Source of the DNA: Paraphysomonas bandaiensis | Lineage: Eukaryota; Protista; Chrysophyceae | Length of the DNA: 64,000 nt | Direction: 5' to 3' | Assembly: GCA_965644295.1 (NCBI GenBank) | Contig: CBFFRP010000380.1 | Span: 62,001-126,000 of the forward strand | Program-made: the position numbers and the translations under genes | Notes under the pieces: generated by a model | Database searches by the model: none | The model's input: only the letters and a program-made list of their open reading frames with translations | What the model was told of the DNA's origin: nothing | Shown: positions 27,170 through 40,523 of the stretch, piece by piece | Layout of the letters: each line of letters opens with the position of its first letter | Position numbering within the stretch: position 1 is the stretch's first letter

Positions 27170-28650
27170 AAGTACACTGTTGTCTATAAGTTGTTTTAGC
27201 GCTCAATACCTGTGAACTGGCTTATAGAAATCTATCACAGTTTTTAGCCTCATTAAGGTTGTTGTCACATTTGACTCTAACTTAAGTATTATATTTAAAA
27301 CATCGCAACACACCACTGTGTTGCCTCTCTACCTGCCTTCGGAGGTGGTTGTGAGCTGCAAAACTGCCGTAGGGTTTGAATGTATTATGATTTCTATGAG
27401 CGGACATGCATATCTTATCTAAATTTTAGTCATTGTCAGGATGTGCACTTTATTTTACAATGTTTGTGTCATTGTTTATCGAATGTTCTATGTGTGTCTG
27501 CTGATGTACAATACATTTGCTCCATAAGGCATAGTACTCAAAAGTAACAGTGAATGTCATTATAAGCAATAGGCGTTTAAAAGTCAAGACTAGCAAAACA
27601 ATTTGACTAACTAGTGATTAACCCTAATATCCTACTATTTAGAGTTACGAATGCTGTTTGTGCGGCACCGCACGCATTAAGGTCTAGGAGCAACCACTTT
27701 CGCTCTATACGCTCTAGGAATCCACGATTAACCAAATGTATTAAACGCTTAAAAGGACATCATATTATCACCTAACTTGCTAAATAAGTAATACTTAGTT
27801 CCTTGATCTCGTCACCCAGCAGCACACTATAATAGAAGTGCACTTAGTAATATATATTCAATACCACACAAGACACCATAGTTTTGTGAATGTAATATAA
27901 TAATGAATTTCTAATTTCTACGCCACTGTCAAGAAAATATATCATGGATTGGGGCCAAATAGTATATAATATATAATATGCAGAGCTGCGTAGCAAGTAT
28001 TTGGTTTTTGATTAATTGCAAATTATTCAAATTCCAATAATTGAAACTTGGTCACAACATAGTAACTGCAATTACAATTGATCAAAAGCATCTTTAAATA
28101 ATTATCAATTATTCTAATTAATTGGAATAGTAATTACTACCACCAAATTGAATGTGTATATTAGTTACTGCGCAACATAATCATAAGCATACAAACTACA
28201 CTTAGCCCTGGTTGTATTATTGCAATCGCAATGAGATATTTATAATTCGGTCGGTAACAAACATAGAGCAATACTGTTCAGTACCTGCCGCAGTATGATA
28301 TACTACGGCACACGAGAAATACTCGCAAAAAACGTGGGAAAAAAAAAGAAATGAAAAGTGTTTACTTATATAGCAATACTATTTTGGGAAACTATTTCTA
28401 ATTTCAACGATTGTTAGCTGTCAGGAATATGACGAGCTACTTGCTACCTCTCTGTTTTCTCACTTCGTTACTTGCACATAGTTCCAGCATTAAATTTGGC
28501 ATCGGTAGTGGGGCTGTCTACACCATGATATCGGAGTGTTTGCTTTCAAAGAAACGAAAAAAACTACGGGTGGACTTTTATCAATTGATAATGTGCTGAC
28601 TGTTGTTAGTTAAGTTGAAGAAAACAAGCGATAAGCCTAGAAAATAATAT

Positions 28651-29524
28651 CTACTCCTTCTGGCTTGCTCTGCGGGATGACCTGCGCTTGGAGAGCTCAG
28701 ATCGGCGAGCTTCCTTCTGCTCAGCAAGACGCTTCTGCACAAGGGCGGTGTATGCAGCCTTCTCAAGCTTAGAGTTCTCGAGGGCAGCCTTCTTCTTGGC
28801 AATACGCTGTCTCTTGCGAGCAAGGGTAACTGGGGTGACGAGACGCTGGATCTTGGCACGCTTGGTAACGGTCTTGCCGTTCTTCTCGAAGGTGCGGGCA
28901 ATCATGAACTTTCTAATATCATCAGTCTTCTCCAAATTGAACAGAGCACGGATTTTGGAAGCACGCTTAGGACCAAGGCGGCGAGGAACGCTAACATCAG
29001 TCACATCAGGGATCTCAGCGTCACCCTTCTTGATAACAACAAGGTTGAGAACAGAGATATCAGAGCCGACGATGCATCCACGAACAGACTTGCGCTTGCG
29101 TTCACCAGCACGGCGGGAACGGTAGCAAGAAAGGCCGTCACGGAGAAGAAGACGCACACGAGTGTTTGTGAGAACTCCTTGCTTCATGGGGAATCCCTGT
29201 TTGTCGTTTCCACCACTGATACGGAATACCTATAAAAGATAAATAACTAAAACATAGAAAATATATTATACACATACATATCCGGCGAACTCGTCTCCAA
29301 GATCATCACCAGAAACTTCCTGAGAGATGCGCTTGTCATAAACACATCGACTATAAAATATAATTAGAATTTTAGATCATATTACTTCGTATAACTTACA
29401 GTCTCTTCTCGTCATCAATTTCAATAAATTTCTGGCCCCCTGTGGCCGGATATGCAATGTTGAGCTGTAATAATCCCAAAATAAAATCAATCTTATAACA
29501 AAATACATCAAATATTACCTTCAT
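28651..29524 (-). CDS. RPS6: 40S ribosomal protein S6 (eS6)
   Basis: [14 protein letters not shown]..., [39 protein letters not shown] and C-terminal RRSSRRAS; four short introns at the 5' end. Confidence 0.97.
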
Positions 29525-31105
29525 GCTTATATCTCTTCTCTAAAATGCACCAGTCAAGCACCTTAGTATTATAATAGAGATGGGACCTCTAATCCAAGTA
29601 TATAAGATGAGTGGGGTTGGTTATTTTATTCCCAATACTAACACCACAAAGGGAAGTGTGATCTTTAATGGTCGGAACTGAAAATATTTTCATTACATTG
29701 AAATAAGATATTGTACATAGAATTGTATGGTATAAGAAATGGGAGTGTAAAACTAAAGGTTTTGGTGTAAAAATGTGTATTTTAATGTCATTGGAAACTG
29801 AAATGTCGCTTTTTTTTACAGAATGCTGATATTCTTCCATCCATAATCTTCTGTACACAAAGCAGCAGTTAGAACCCCTCGCAGCATGACTATTGCAAGA
29901 GAAATAGAACCAATAGTGTGATAATCAGAGTTATTGCACTCTTTGAATAAGTACATCAATTCCTTGGACTTGATCTACTTCATTATGCGTGGACGTGGCT
30001 GGGTACTCCTTACGATGCTGCTAAGTGGATCTTGTTGGAGGTTATTGACCACATTAAACTATGAATCTTAGCTGTGATAGAAAGGTGATCACTTTGTTTT
30101 CCATCATATACATGGTTTAACAGCTGATAGGTGGCACAGTATCCACATGGGCTTGGGTTGTTCTTCGTAACAAACCTACATACACATTAACTCACTTCAA
30201 AGCGTACTATCCTGCGATGAAAACCCCACACGTAACTCTACTCACCTACAGAAATGAGCTGAAAATCACCACAACAGAAATCCCTGCCTGTGTTACGATC
30301 TCACAAATAACTCTCCCACTCTTCGACAAACACAAAAAAATAGGCCCGTTGTCATTTTGTGCTACTCTGGAATAGTCATCCTGCTCATACATTCCCTTAT
30401 ACTTTAATGATAAGGTGTCTTAGTCAATTGTGAATAGACAGTAATATTGGTAGTGATTATGGATGACGGTCCCTGGGAATCATAGGTAGCAATTATAAAT
30501 TATTGGTTTAATTTTGTGTACTTGAGTTGTAAGCGTATTTTGCGAGTAGCAGGAGGCACAATAGACAATAGAGTATCCATTCAAGAACATAGTCCATTTA
30601 GATCAGATTAGGATCGTGAGTGAAGTCTATGGACTCGATGTGCTACGACATACGACAAGAGATCCTTGCATCAACGATAATTTCCGTTAGAATAAAACTC
30701 TTCTCAGCGCTGCTTGTATATTGATACATGATATTGTACAACTATAAATATACTATAATTGTTATACGTGACCTTCTAGCATTGATAGTTATAATTTAGC
30801 AATAACTCATACTTCTATAGGAACTAACTGCTAGCTGTGTATATCAGACTACCAGATTACGAATACTTTCGCATTTTTACAATTAAGTACATCCTTCACA
30901 TTTCTTTGGTAAGATGCTATTAATAACTACGTTTGCTATACATTTAACAGACAACTGTAATAACTGAGAACCAACAAAAAATAAAGAAAAATAATTCATA
31001 TCGCCCTCTTAAGTATTGACTACAGCCAGCTAATGCAGTAGTACTAGCAAGTATTCAACACCGCACATATTGTAATGTTTCTCTATCCGAGCAACTGCTT
31101 TACCG

Positions 31106-32167
31106 TTATTTTTTGTTAGGAGCTGAACGACATGCCTTATGATTGAACGGAGCCTTATAAGCCACAGCCATGATCACAACAGCTCCGTCAGATATTTCCT
31201 GCATACTGCGTCCATATCCCCACATAAGTTCCTCTTGAGTGAAGTCCGAAGTACGCATACCCAACGACCGAGCCGCGTCGATTATAAAATCTCCCCCTCC
31301 ACCCATATGGCTCTTGGGAACGCAAAATCCAACATCCATCATCATCTGTCGGACCTTGAATTTTGTGTAGCGGTGATAATCGGAAGGCACACCATGCAAC
31401 TGCGAACTCTGAGGTACTGTAAAAAAGAGAGTTCCACCAGCGTTCATTGAGTCATATAGAACTTGCATCGCACGGTCTGGATAAAGAAGGTGCTCGAAAA
31501 CCATAGTAGCAATAATAGTATCAAATTTGACTCCTGCTTCAGCAAGATTGTAAATGTCTCCATATATAGTTTTCCCTTCCACAGTTGTCTTGCCTTCACG
31601 ATACTGAATACTATACTTGTTTTTGCACACAGGGACACGGTTCATGTACCCAATATCCCATTCCAAGCATGTAGGACCCTTCAGTTTATCTACATGCGCT
31701 CGTAGAAACATATCTATATAATAGCGTTCAAAAATGGCGCTACTGTAAGCGTATTTGGTGTAACGTGGATCCTTTTTCATTGGTCTGACGAACCACATTT
31801 TCAGTCCTCCATATGCACGAGACCCATGAAAGGGAAGTAATTGTCTTTTGGCTAGAACTCGGAGTAAGAATATGAACCCCTCTTGCACTATACTTTTAGA
31901 GTTGGCATAAGTGTTATTGAGATAGCGGTCTTCCTGTTTAGCCCACTCTAATGCCTTTATAAACTCTTCTGTCTGTAACTCATTACGGAGTAAATCTTTA
32001 GCATGTGGTGTCATAGAAAATACAAGATCATCGAATAAACATTTATTGTTACCACTGGAGAGACTTACTGATGTGTCGATCTCTTCACTGGTAATTAAAT
32101 TGAATGACAACACCATCAGGAGCAGCAGACACATAATATAATGAGGAATCATGATAGTTATATGCAT
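31106..32167 (-). CDS. Class I SAM-dependent methyltransferase-like protein with N-terminal signal or anchor
   Basis: ERYYIDMFL, CLEWD, FDTIIATMVFEHL, GGTLFFTVP, DYHRYT; hydrophobic N-terminus; intronless. Confidence 0.75.
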   Translation of the reverse strand: MHITIMIPHYIMCLLLLMVLSFNLITSEEIDTSVSLSSGNNKCLFDDLVFSMTPHAKDLLRNELQTEEFIKALEWAKQEDRYLNNTYANSKSIVQEGFIFLLRVLAKRQLLPFHGSRAYGGLKMWFVRPMKKDPRYTKYAYSSAIFERYYIDMFLRAHVDKLKGPTCLEWDIGYMNRVPVCKNKYSIQYREGKTTVEGKTIYGDIYNLAEAGVKFDTIIATMVFEHLLYPDRAMQVLYDSMNAGGTLFFTVPQSSQLHGVPSDYHRYTKFKVRQMMMDVGFCVPKSHMGGGGDFIIDAARSLGMRTSDFTQEELMWGYGRSMQEISDGAVVIMAVAYKAPFNHKACRSAPNKK

Positions 32168-32325
32168 ATACTTTAACCTACACGAAATAAGGGTAGGTTA
32201 GTATGAGGAGATATGCAGCTATGAATGTGATAATTAAACAGTATTGAGCCCGTATCGCTCTGTCATGTATCTATAATGATCGTTGTATTATATAATCAAT
32301 ATTTTCACTACCTGATATCACAACA

Positions 32326-32396
32326 GCGCCGTTGGTGTAGTGGTAACATGAAACCCTTCCAAGGTTTAGCTTCGGGTTCGATTCCCGAACGGCGCA
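32326..32396 (+). tRNA. tRNA-Gly(TCC)
   Basis: Cloverleaf with acceptor GCGCCGT/ACGGCGC, anticodon arm AAACC-CTTCCAA-GGTTT and T-loop TTCGATT; T-run downstream. Confidence 0.97.
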
Positions 32397-32672
32397 CTTC
32401 CTTTTTAGCATTTATAAAGCAGATTTTTTTTCATTTTCGGAATTTATAGCTAGATACCCTGATTTTGGTTACTCACATATGAAATCCCGGATTTTGTCGA
32501 ATCCCTTGTGGCACAAATATGTAACAGAAAATGACCTCACGCACTGTACAAGTCCAAGAAGGTAGAGTATAGCTATGATTTTGGAAAAAACTACGAAAAC
32601 ACAGCTCAAAATGATGCAAAACTGGTGTTTTTTTAAAAGTAGCCAAACATTGCAATAGGAAAAAAAAGGATG

Positions 32673-32743
32673 TGCGCCGTTCGGGAATCGAACCCGAAGC
32701 TAAACCTTGGAAGGGTTTCATGTTACCACTACACCAACGGCGC
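32673..32743 (-). tRNA. tRNA-Gly(TCC)
   Basis: Exact reverse-complement copy of 32326-32396, followed by a T-run terminator. Confidence 0.97.
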
Positions 32744-32829
32744 AGTTGATGTATGCGATTGAAACAATTTATGTAATATTAATCTTATTCTATATGAAAG
32801 GGTTAAATGTTAAATACACAAAAATTGTA

Positions 32830-32900
32830 TGCGCCGTTCGGGAATCGAACCCGAAGCTAAACCTTGGAAGGGTTTCATGTTACCACTACACCAACGGCGC
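32830..32900 (-). tRNA. tRNA-Gly(TCC)
   Basis: Third identical copy. Confidence 0.97.
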
Positions 32901-33310
32901 ACTTGTACATTAAAATCATAAAAAATATAGAAATATAAATGCTTCTTTCTTTAGTTATTGTGTATCTATTGTAAACCATATATACGAAGCATCTATATCG
33001 CACTCTGTATTTGTTCTGTTAATATGATACAGTGACCACAAGGGATACATACACAAAGACACTGAGTTCACGTTACTATACTATTCCACACATATCAAGA
33101 AATAGTGATAGTAATAAATCATTCCATACTTGTAAGTATTATATGAATGAAGTAGTATACGGATGTATAGTGTATAACAACAAACAGCAAGTGTGTGATA
33201 ATCTATAGTACGATCATCGTATAGTGTAGTGGGCTAGTTAAATACACTCCACTGTTAAAGAATTTGAATGCTTACTATTAATATTATTTTTTGTGACTGG
33301 TTATAGTCCT

Positions 33311-36018
33311 ATGGATTTTTCTTCTCCAGATAAATGGAGGAAAGTAAAAGTTATAGGCCGTGGTGGTTCAAGTACTGTCTATGAAGTTGAAATCATTGGA
33401 ACTGATTTAGTTGTTGCTGCTAAAGAGATTCAAATTGATGGGTTGACAAAAGATCAAGTTTTAGCTATTGAGGCTGAGATTGAGACTATGAAGACTTTAC
33501 AGCATCAAAATATTGTTAATTATTTGGGAACTCAGCGACAAGAAAATTACTTTTATATATTTTTGGAATATGCAGACAAGGGAAGCTTACGTCAGTTTTA
33601 TCAGAACCGATCTGCTCTATCTGAGGACCAAGCTGCACTTTGTACTTTTCATATTCTGAGCGGGCTGTCGTATTTGCATTCGAATGGCATTGCTCATAGG
33701 GACATCAAAGGTGCGAACGTATTGTTGACTCAGAAAGGTGAACCGAAATTGGCAGACTTCGGTGCCTCAAAGAGATATGACACTGCATCTATTGTAAGCG
33801 GTCTTAAAGGTACACACTTCGATGTTTGTTTGCTGGTTTCATAGTGTGTAGGAACTCCTCACTGGATGGCCCCCGAGGTAATCAAGGGCACGCAGATGAC
33901 AACAGGGTGGATGAAAGCGGACGTGTGGAGTCTGGGCTGCACAGTTGTTGAGATGCTTACCGGTGAGTAGTGCATGTTTGTATACAACGTAGCCTCCTGA
34001 TTAGGTGTCCTTTTCAGGAGCTCTCCCTTATGCTGAATTTGATAACCCAATGACCGCCATGTACCATATCGCCAATGGCATGTCCCCGCCTCTAAAAGAT
34101 GTCCCTGTGTCGGACCAGGCGAAAGACTTTGTGGCTGCCTGCACAACCGTTGACCCCTGTGAACGCCCCTCTGTTGATGAGCTTTTAAGGCACCCATTTC
34201 TTGCTTCATGCAGTGCTGGGCAGTTGCTCTCACTAGAGAGCGGCGGTGAAACTTCCGATGTGCGAGAGGATCAGGATGACGAATCCCTGCCTCCATCGCC
34301 CCCACCCGAAGAGACCAACAAGAGTGGTGATGATGACATAGGGACGTTGGGTAGGACTTTTATTGACACTCAAATATCCCCCTGTGAAGTGCTAGAAGCA
34401 GTTGCGCCGGACGAGAATAACATTGATATCCAGGAAGTTCACGGTTTGCCAATTCAAACGAAACCAGAGACAAGTGCACAAAGTAAAACAATCATCATAG
34501 AAAACAAGGGAAACCCCAGTCAGACAGTCCAGTCCCAGCCGAAGACTAGTGCACCTGGTGATAGCGCTATCAGTATTAACACTGGTGATGATCTGAGTCA
34601 AATGGGGAGCTCGAGTTTGGAGCTCCTTCAGGCCCAGAGTACGCCGCAGATGCATAAAACTCGTAAGACTCGAAACAATCAAGCTGCAGGGGGTGTATGC
34701 GATAGAGCCCGTGTTGACACTTCTGGCCATAACGCCAAAAAGCAGCAGCCTAAGCTTCCTCCAAGTATATCAAAAGGTACAACTACCCAGCAAACGCAGC
34801 AGCATAGTACACAGAGTCCAGCGTCGCCTCGTGATCGTAAACCACCTGTGAAGCAATCCTCTGTCAGGCTCAGGAATCAGGGTAGCGAAAACAGCGTGCA
34901 GGATATGGGGGTAGAAGATAGATCAAGTGAAGTATTTAATGATGGTAATGTTAGTAATGCCATATTGGCAGGGTCCCCTGCACCTACAGCATCGCCCGCT
35001 TTGTCTGCTGTCACGCCGGTTCCCCGTTCTGGTATGACCGATGGGGAAATCGGCACACTTGTAGACTCTCTACAGAAAAAGTTAAGCGACCTCACCACCC
35101 ACGGGGAGACGATGCTACAGGATCAACAGAATCACCGCCGGCAACAGGACGATAAAGATGACTGCAAAGAAATTGAGGGGAATATACGAAAGAAAAATGA
35201 ACGCACCATCAGATTTGAATCCCACACTGCACCTAACAGGGAGAGTTCTAGTCTAATAACAGATAGCGGAGACGAGGGGGAGTATGCAGAAGAACGGAAC
35301 GAAGAATGTAAGCTGGACGAGTTTGATGTAAGTACCCGTCTGCTATGGTTACATGTCGAGTAACTGGTTGACACGTATATAGGGGACGGAGACTGATAGC
35401 ACTAATCGTACCGTTTCTACTTCTTTGCGGCCAATTGCTCCTCTTTCCAGCCAAAAGCTGAGTCTTTGCACCGAGTCTTCTGGTAGTAGTCTGCTTTCGA
35501 CCCAAAAAGGGAAAGGGAAACAGGGACCCGTACTGGTTAAAAAAGACGTCTACTCTGTTCCTCTCAAACAGGCCAACCTCTCTCACAACCACCATGCTTT
35601 ACACCCACATGACAAGCACCAGTTGAACTCGAAGCCGCTCAAATCCTTGAGGAAAAAGACAAATTTAAGGTCGAAATCTGCCAATATTGCTGGCGGGGGA
35701 TCCTCTGTCGTCCTTCCACCGATGGAGCGACAGCCGAGTGCACTCCGGGCCCTGAAGAATCCCATGATACCCCAGTTACAGCTCCGTGTGATTCAGTCTG
35801 CTCCATCCGTCTCCCGTTCCCTTAACTTGCCACCGATAATGTCCAGCAAAACTCCAAACAAGCTTCAATCGACATCGCATAGTACCCATAATAAGTTAAA
35901 ACACGGCAACACCGCCTTCTCTTCTCCATCTCCTTTGGGAATGGTGTTATCCCAGGGGCTCACTGGGGTATGTAAAGATGAGGAGGAAGGGGGAATACTG
36001 GCACCTAGAAAGGGATAA
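33311..36018 (+). CDS. STE11/MAP3K-like Ser/Thr kinase with long low-complexity tail
   Basis: [35 protein letters not shown] and [12 protein letters not shown]; three introns. Confidence 0.9.
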
Positions 36019-36744
36019 AATGTGCGTATCACGAATATACTGCACCAGAGGTGCAATTACTTTTGACGAGTTTTTTGTCAATTTCCCCTCCACCCAACCT
36101 ATCACGCTGAACACTTAGTATTCGCTTTAGTAGATGTGTATCACTGTATGTTGTTTTGTCCTGTCCCGTTCTTTATAAATTATGTGTTTATAAGTAATTG
36201 TTAAAACGACACCGTTAATCATTGGTTTCGTCTTTGTATCGAAGTAACAAATGCTGGTGTTTGGTGATGCATATTGCAACAGCTAACCAGTATCCTAAAG
36301 TGTATTCCAGTAACGGTTGTGGGTTGTGTCGTCAAGAGACACATATAGAGCAACTCAGATGGAAGCAACGTCGACAAACCTTTAGAAGGTTTATTGGTGC
36401 TTGAATGAGCAGAGTATTCGACTTTATGATAATAAAATTCTTGAAAGCGGAAGTGTAGAAGCCAAAAAAACACGGGTGCTGTGGTCAAAGGAAGCAAACC
36501 ATCAAAGCCCTCCGTCCCACAAGCAATCCTATTATTGGTTCGTGAATTCTGAAAGATCTTGCTCAGAGTTTGTAGTTCTCCTTTTACGAAAGGTTTTTGA
36601 CTAATATAGATAGTAAGCATGGGTTTTATGTTTTATCGGTTTCATCGTTGTGCTATTATTCATGAAGTACTGGTTGAGTAAATGGCAATAGTCAGTAAGA
36701 CGCAATGTGAAGATATACTGATTCAGATAGAACACTCTTTATCT

Positions 36745-36970
36745 AGAAGTCAGCAGATGTCAGGAATATCAACATTCTGCTTTCTCACTGCATTCTCTTT
36801 GAGTGATAGAACCAAATGGTTGCACCTTGGTGCTTGCGGTGACGCACAAGTAGCATTCGTAGCGTTAAAAAGTAGGATATCAGAGTTAAGTGCTAGTTAG
36901 TTAAATTGTTTTACTACATTAGTTCTGACTCTTACATGCCTATTGCTAATAATAAGAAATTCACTACTGT
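36745..36970 (+). repeat. Dispersed repeat family X, copy A (3' half)
   Basis: Shares CACCTTGGTGCTTGCGG.GACGCACAAG...GCGTTAAA.AGTAGGA and the end TATTGCTAATAATAAGA with the other copies. Confidence 0.8.
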
Positions 36971-37259
36971 AGCAATCACGCACGCGTTTTGTCTAAATTT
37001 ATCCAATACACACATGATGAGAACGGTTGTTTATTGTTTAGCACAGCTAAATTTATTATTTCAGTAATGCACTAAAGTATGAATCGTGCTATACCTTGTG
37101 TAACGCTTGTAGCTAAGTATACATATTTTAATTAATTATGAATGAACGTAGTGATGATGATATAATTTCAGATTATGTCTGTTTGGAAAAAGCTGAAATG
37201 AGCTAAACAGTATGTTGTAATCTTTGTTTGGCAGCGCAGTGGGTTTGGTGATCATACCA

Positions 37260-37710
37260 TAACAAGGTCGGACTCACATCTTTTCGCGGTATTCTGAGGA
37301 TATATGGTCAGCAGATAACATTCTACCCACTCATAACAGAATGCTTGTGTGGTTCAAGAGACACTTATACAAGTGTCACTTGTGTAGACGTATTTGGGCT
37401 CGAAAGAGTAAATATGCGTTCACCTGAATAGGAATGGGCTCACCTGAAGGATAACCGGGGTATAGGGCTGCCTGCTGAAGTCAAGCATCCGGGCTGTTCA
37501 CCATAAGGACTCAAAAATCCTGAAGTCAGCAGTCAGAAGATGTCATGTATAGTATCAACATTCTGCTTGCTCACTGTGTATGTTAGCTTTGAGTGATAGA
37601 GCGAAGGTGGTGACACAGAAGCAGCATTCGTAGCGTTAAATAGTAGGACATCAGAGTTAAGCGCTGAATCTTAAACGCTTATTTAGCTAATAATAAGACA
37701 TTCACTACTT
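37260..37710 (+). repeat. Dispersed repeat family X, copy B
   Basis: AATGCTTGTGTGG...TGTAGACGT...AACCGGGGTATAGGGCTGCCTGCTGAAGT...GCTAATAATAAGACATTCACTACT. Confidence 0.8.
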
Positions 37711-38319
37711 GGTGACATTGGAACTAATAATGAAATATATGCATATAGCATATATTTTACTCTTCTGAATAGCGATACCAATACGTTGCAATAGTTTATT
37801 TTTGGGCCGGTTATTTGGAGAGTACTGCAGTAATATTGATTGGCCCCTACCGGACAATATATTGTTCCCTTGACCTATATTACACAATACATATATATCA
37901 CAACAAAACAATATATTTTTTCCTAGCTTTACTATATGTACGTCTTCTACTAAAAAGAGCTTTAGGACTAGAAGATAATAAAGCGCGTTTTGCACATAGT
38001 TATATATATTTAACCACCAGTTATACAAACAAGGAGGCTATATTTTTTGAAACGAGGGCTAAAGTCCCGAGTTTAAATTTGTGGACAAAAGGGGGACGGC
38101 TCTCCTTATCCCTTGTAGGTTAAATTGTAGGTCATCCTCATGATGTTAAAAACCTAACATGTATGTCTAGAACGTATAGCTATTTGTAGCATGCTTGCTG
38201 TTGGAGGAAATAGGAAATAGGTGTTCTCCGATAACATAAAAGAAATAATAAAAAATTCAAAGTGTTGTATCTAATCAATGATATGCACATAAGCTCTGGT
38301 ATTATATAAATTTACCCTC

Positions 38320-38950
38320 AACAAAGTCGGATTCGCACCTTTTCGTGGTGTTCTGGGGGATAAGTACCGGAGATATTTCTCCGGGAAACTAACGTGAGCC
38401 GCATATTATATAGTCAGCAGATATATTGTTCTGCCCACTCATAGCCAAATGCTTGTGTGGTACAAGGGACACTAATAAGTGTCACTTGTGTAGACGTCTT
38501 TGGGTCCTGACGAATAAACAGGCATCCGGGAATGGGCCCACCTCAAGGGCATCCGGGACAGGGCCCACCAGAAGGGTAACCGGGGTATTGGGCTGCCTGC
38601 TGAAGTTAAGCATCCGGGATGTTCACCTTAAGAACTCAGAGCGGAAGTGGTCGCACCTTGGTGCTTGCGGCGACGCACAAGCAGCTTCCGTAGCGTTAAA
38701 TAGTAGGATAAAAAAAGTGTGTACTGATTAGTTACAGGTAGAGGTCTAACTAGTTTGTCTAGCATTCATCTAGCTACTAAGTTAGTGCATGTTTTTAACG
38801 CCTATTGCTAATAATAAGACTTTCAATATGGGCTGCCTGCTGAAGTTAAGCATCCGAGATGTTCACCTTAAGAACTCAAAACACCTGAAGTCAGCAGATG
38901 TCAGGTATATCAACATTCTGCTTTCTCCCTGCGTTTGCTTTGAGTGATTG
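38320..38950 (+). repeat. Dispersed repeat family X, copy C with internal re-duplication
   Basis: Same blocks as copy B; GGGCTGCCTGCTGAAGTTAAGCATCCG...CACCTTAAGAACTCA occurs twice (~38590 and ~38830). Confidence 0.8.
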
Positions 38951-39590
38951 ATGCTGAGTATGAGTTCACATTATTCGGTATCTGTGTGGCCAATGGCCGA
39001 GGTAATGCGTCAAACTTTCCTCATGGATGCATGGCAATGGCAATGATGTGATTAGACCTGTCATGTCTTCTCACACGTCTACTGCCTAGTCTTGGTTTCT
39101 CCTGACCCAGGTCATTGAGATTATATCAAGGCTCTGGCACTGTTCTCCAAGCAGTGTCAGGTACATTTGTGGTGCTTTTATGTTATTCTTGCTTAGTAGG
39201 TTTTCATCCGAGCGGGGAAGGTGCACGGTTTCCTACTAGTGTAAGTCACTCGGGAGAAGAGTGCAAGGTGGATGCATGTGCTGGATGAGTGCACACAATG
39301 GAGGGAAGACATTGGAGTCAGCTTGAATTTGTAACAGATTTTGGTAGATGTCTGTTTCATGCGTCAGTGTGCAAAATTGCACCAGTGAGACCGCTTCGTG
39401 ACCGTGGGAGGACCCGGCGCTATAGAGTTACTTTATTCTCCCTTCCAGACTACCTGCTGCTGTGAACACCACCTTGAAGAGGGCCCTAAAGATCTGCCGC
39501 ATATACAGGAGACATATGCCGAAGACACCGACCGCAAGTTGTTTGTGTTAGGACAAGTAGATTGGGCAGGAGCGTATGATCCGGCTTAAA
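38950..39590 (+). pseudogene. Possible decayed intron-containing gene fragment (Sel1-like repeat)
   Basis: DAEYEFTLFGICVANGRG and *DYIKALALFSK lie in apparent exons bounded by GT/AG; contains stops. Confidence 0.3.
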
Positions 39591-40068
39591 CACGCAACTC
39601 GCCGTATGCCCATGTAGCTAACTAAATCGTGTTGTATAGTTGAGCACTTGTCGGTGCATGCAATAGTAACTAGATGAGAGTCATGTTATGCATAGTGTCG
39701 CGCGAGTTGTTAGGTTGGTCGCGGCAACGCACAAGCTTGCGCTTCTTAATAATCAGATTTTCAATATATAAATTTAGCATCCACATATTTCAATAATAGC
39801 TACAGCCAGTGTACCTACCATGTAAAGGATACTGAGGAGATAGCAACTGAAATATACTGATATTTGCACATAAAAGTGATGATGAATACGAAAAACCTTT
39901 ATCGCATGAGGCTTTAGATGTGTAAATCTAGATATCTAGATATATATCTATAATGTATATAGCAGAATGTGATATGGTTACTATAGTATATGATGAAAAA
40001 TGTACCCATTTATTGTATGTATGTATGCAGGGAATAGTATGGAAAGATGTGTTATTCAGACTTGAGCG

Positions 40069-40470
40069 ATGTCGCACTTGTGTATCCGACGAAGACACGT
40101 GAGCTTCGTTGATCCTCTATGGATTCAATCCAGAGAGGTCTCATTCGTGATAATGTGTTGGATTATTTTGCAACGTCTCTCTTCTATGACCCCTCATCTA
40201 ATAATCAAGCCATACGAGCCTAGGGAGTGAGATACACTCACTCCCTGCGCTATATGCGTGGACTGGAATTCAATGTTGACCCGAATCCACACGAGCATGT
40301 ACTTTTACAATAAAAAAGCAGAACCGACTGCCCCCCGATATGTGGAGGTTATTGAAGCCTACTATTACATTATGAAGGGGGCTATATACCAGTGTCCTAA
40401 CTTTATGCACCTTCTGGGGACTAAGTATAGTAAAATTGTACTATATCTACAGCAAACCTTCAGAACTTCC
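40069..40470 (+). pseudogene. MED6: Mediator subunit 6 pseudogene or gene fragment
   Basis: FVDPLW, LIRDNVLDYFATSLFYDPSSNNQ, GLEF, FTIKKQNR and YYYIMKGAIYQCP match the Med6 pattern; TAG at 40221 plus frameshifts. Confidence 0.75.
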
Positions 40471-40523
40471 GTGTGCGACTCAACTACGCTGTGTCAGGAG
40501 AGCACTCTTGCCTACTGCACAGA

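Noticed and set aside
27980-28210. AATTG-rich segment with CAGAGCT...AGCCCTG ends, a possible hAT-derived MITE
   Set aside because: The TIR match is weak and there is no 8-bp TSD.
32473-32913. Short ORFs overlapping the tRNA cluster
   Set aside because: Translations of tRNA sequence, not genes.
39718-39745. CGCGGCAACGCAC resembling a Helitron 3' hairpin
   Set aside because: The hairpin is imperfect and no CTRR terminus follows.
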